Shown here one piece after another: positions 63,716 to 64,000 of a stretch of 64,000 nt of DNA. How positions within the stretch are numbered: the first letter of the stretch is position 1; each line of letters begins with the position of its first letter. Source of the DNA: Malacoraja senta (lineage: Eukaryota); assembly GCA_038087875.1 (NCBI GenBank), contig CM075993.1, positions 5,272,001 to 5,336,000 on the forward strand. Reading direction: 5' to 3'. Position numbers and translations under genes: made by a program. Below the pieces are notes generated by a model. It did not search any database, was not told the DNA's origin, and saw only the letters and a list, made by a program, of their open reading frames with translations.

Positions 63716-64000
63716 AAATGCTGGATGGAGTAACTCAACAGGACAGGCGGCATCTCGGGCGAAAAGGAATAGGCAACGTTTCGTGTCGGGGGGCCCTTCA
63801 TCGGTGGAGATGGTGAGGCTGGTGACGGTCGGAGGAGGTGGAGTTTTAGTCCAGCACTCAGAAGAGCAAGAAATAATCGGAGAGCGTTCTAAACCTCCAA
63901 AATACAGCGGAGCATCTCAAGGATGCATTGTGCCGTGGAGGTCAGGACCTTCATCCCCCTGAGGGCCCGTGGCTCATGTCTACCAGACAAAGTTAACTGA

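Overview
Repeat-dense eukaryotic DNA with no host protein-coding exon that I can support. The tRNA-headed V-domain SINEs and CR1 LINE tails resemble the elasmobranch HE1/HER1 pair, so a cartilaginous fish (probably a skate or ray) is my inference. Most of the window is nested transposon debris. It includes CR1, Rex1/Babar, L2, Tx1 and HERO-like non-LTR fragments, many V-SINEs, Penelope-like element (PLE) GIY-YIG remnants and short PLE-derived foldback insertions. It also holds Harbinger-, hAT- and Tigger-like MITEs, three long (GA)n purine tracts and two 200-N gaps. Three observations stand out. (1) Two copies of a ~180-nt short retroelement with an (AAG)n tail and flanking direct repeats; its 5' end folds by eye into a compact, P4-less HDV-family ribozyme whose P3/L3 core matches the mammalian CPEB3 ribozyme as I recall it. 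(2) An abundant PLE-derived repeat carrying a minimal hammerhead ribozyme core, inserted as short palindromes flanked by 7-16 bp direct repeats. (3) Several of these PLE-type insertions carry inverted copies of nearby DNA. Family names and RNA folds are by-eye assignments, not search results. Coordinates of decayed repeats are approximate.
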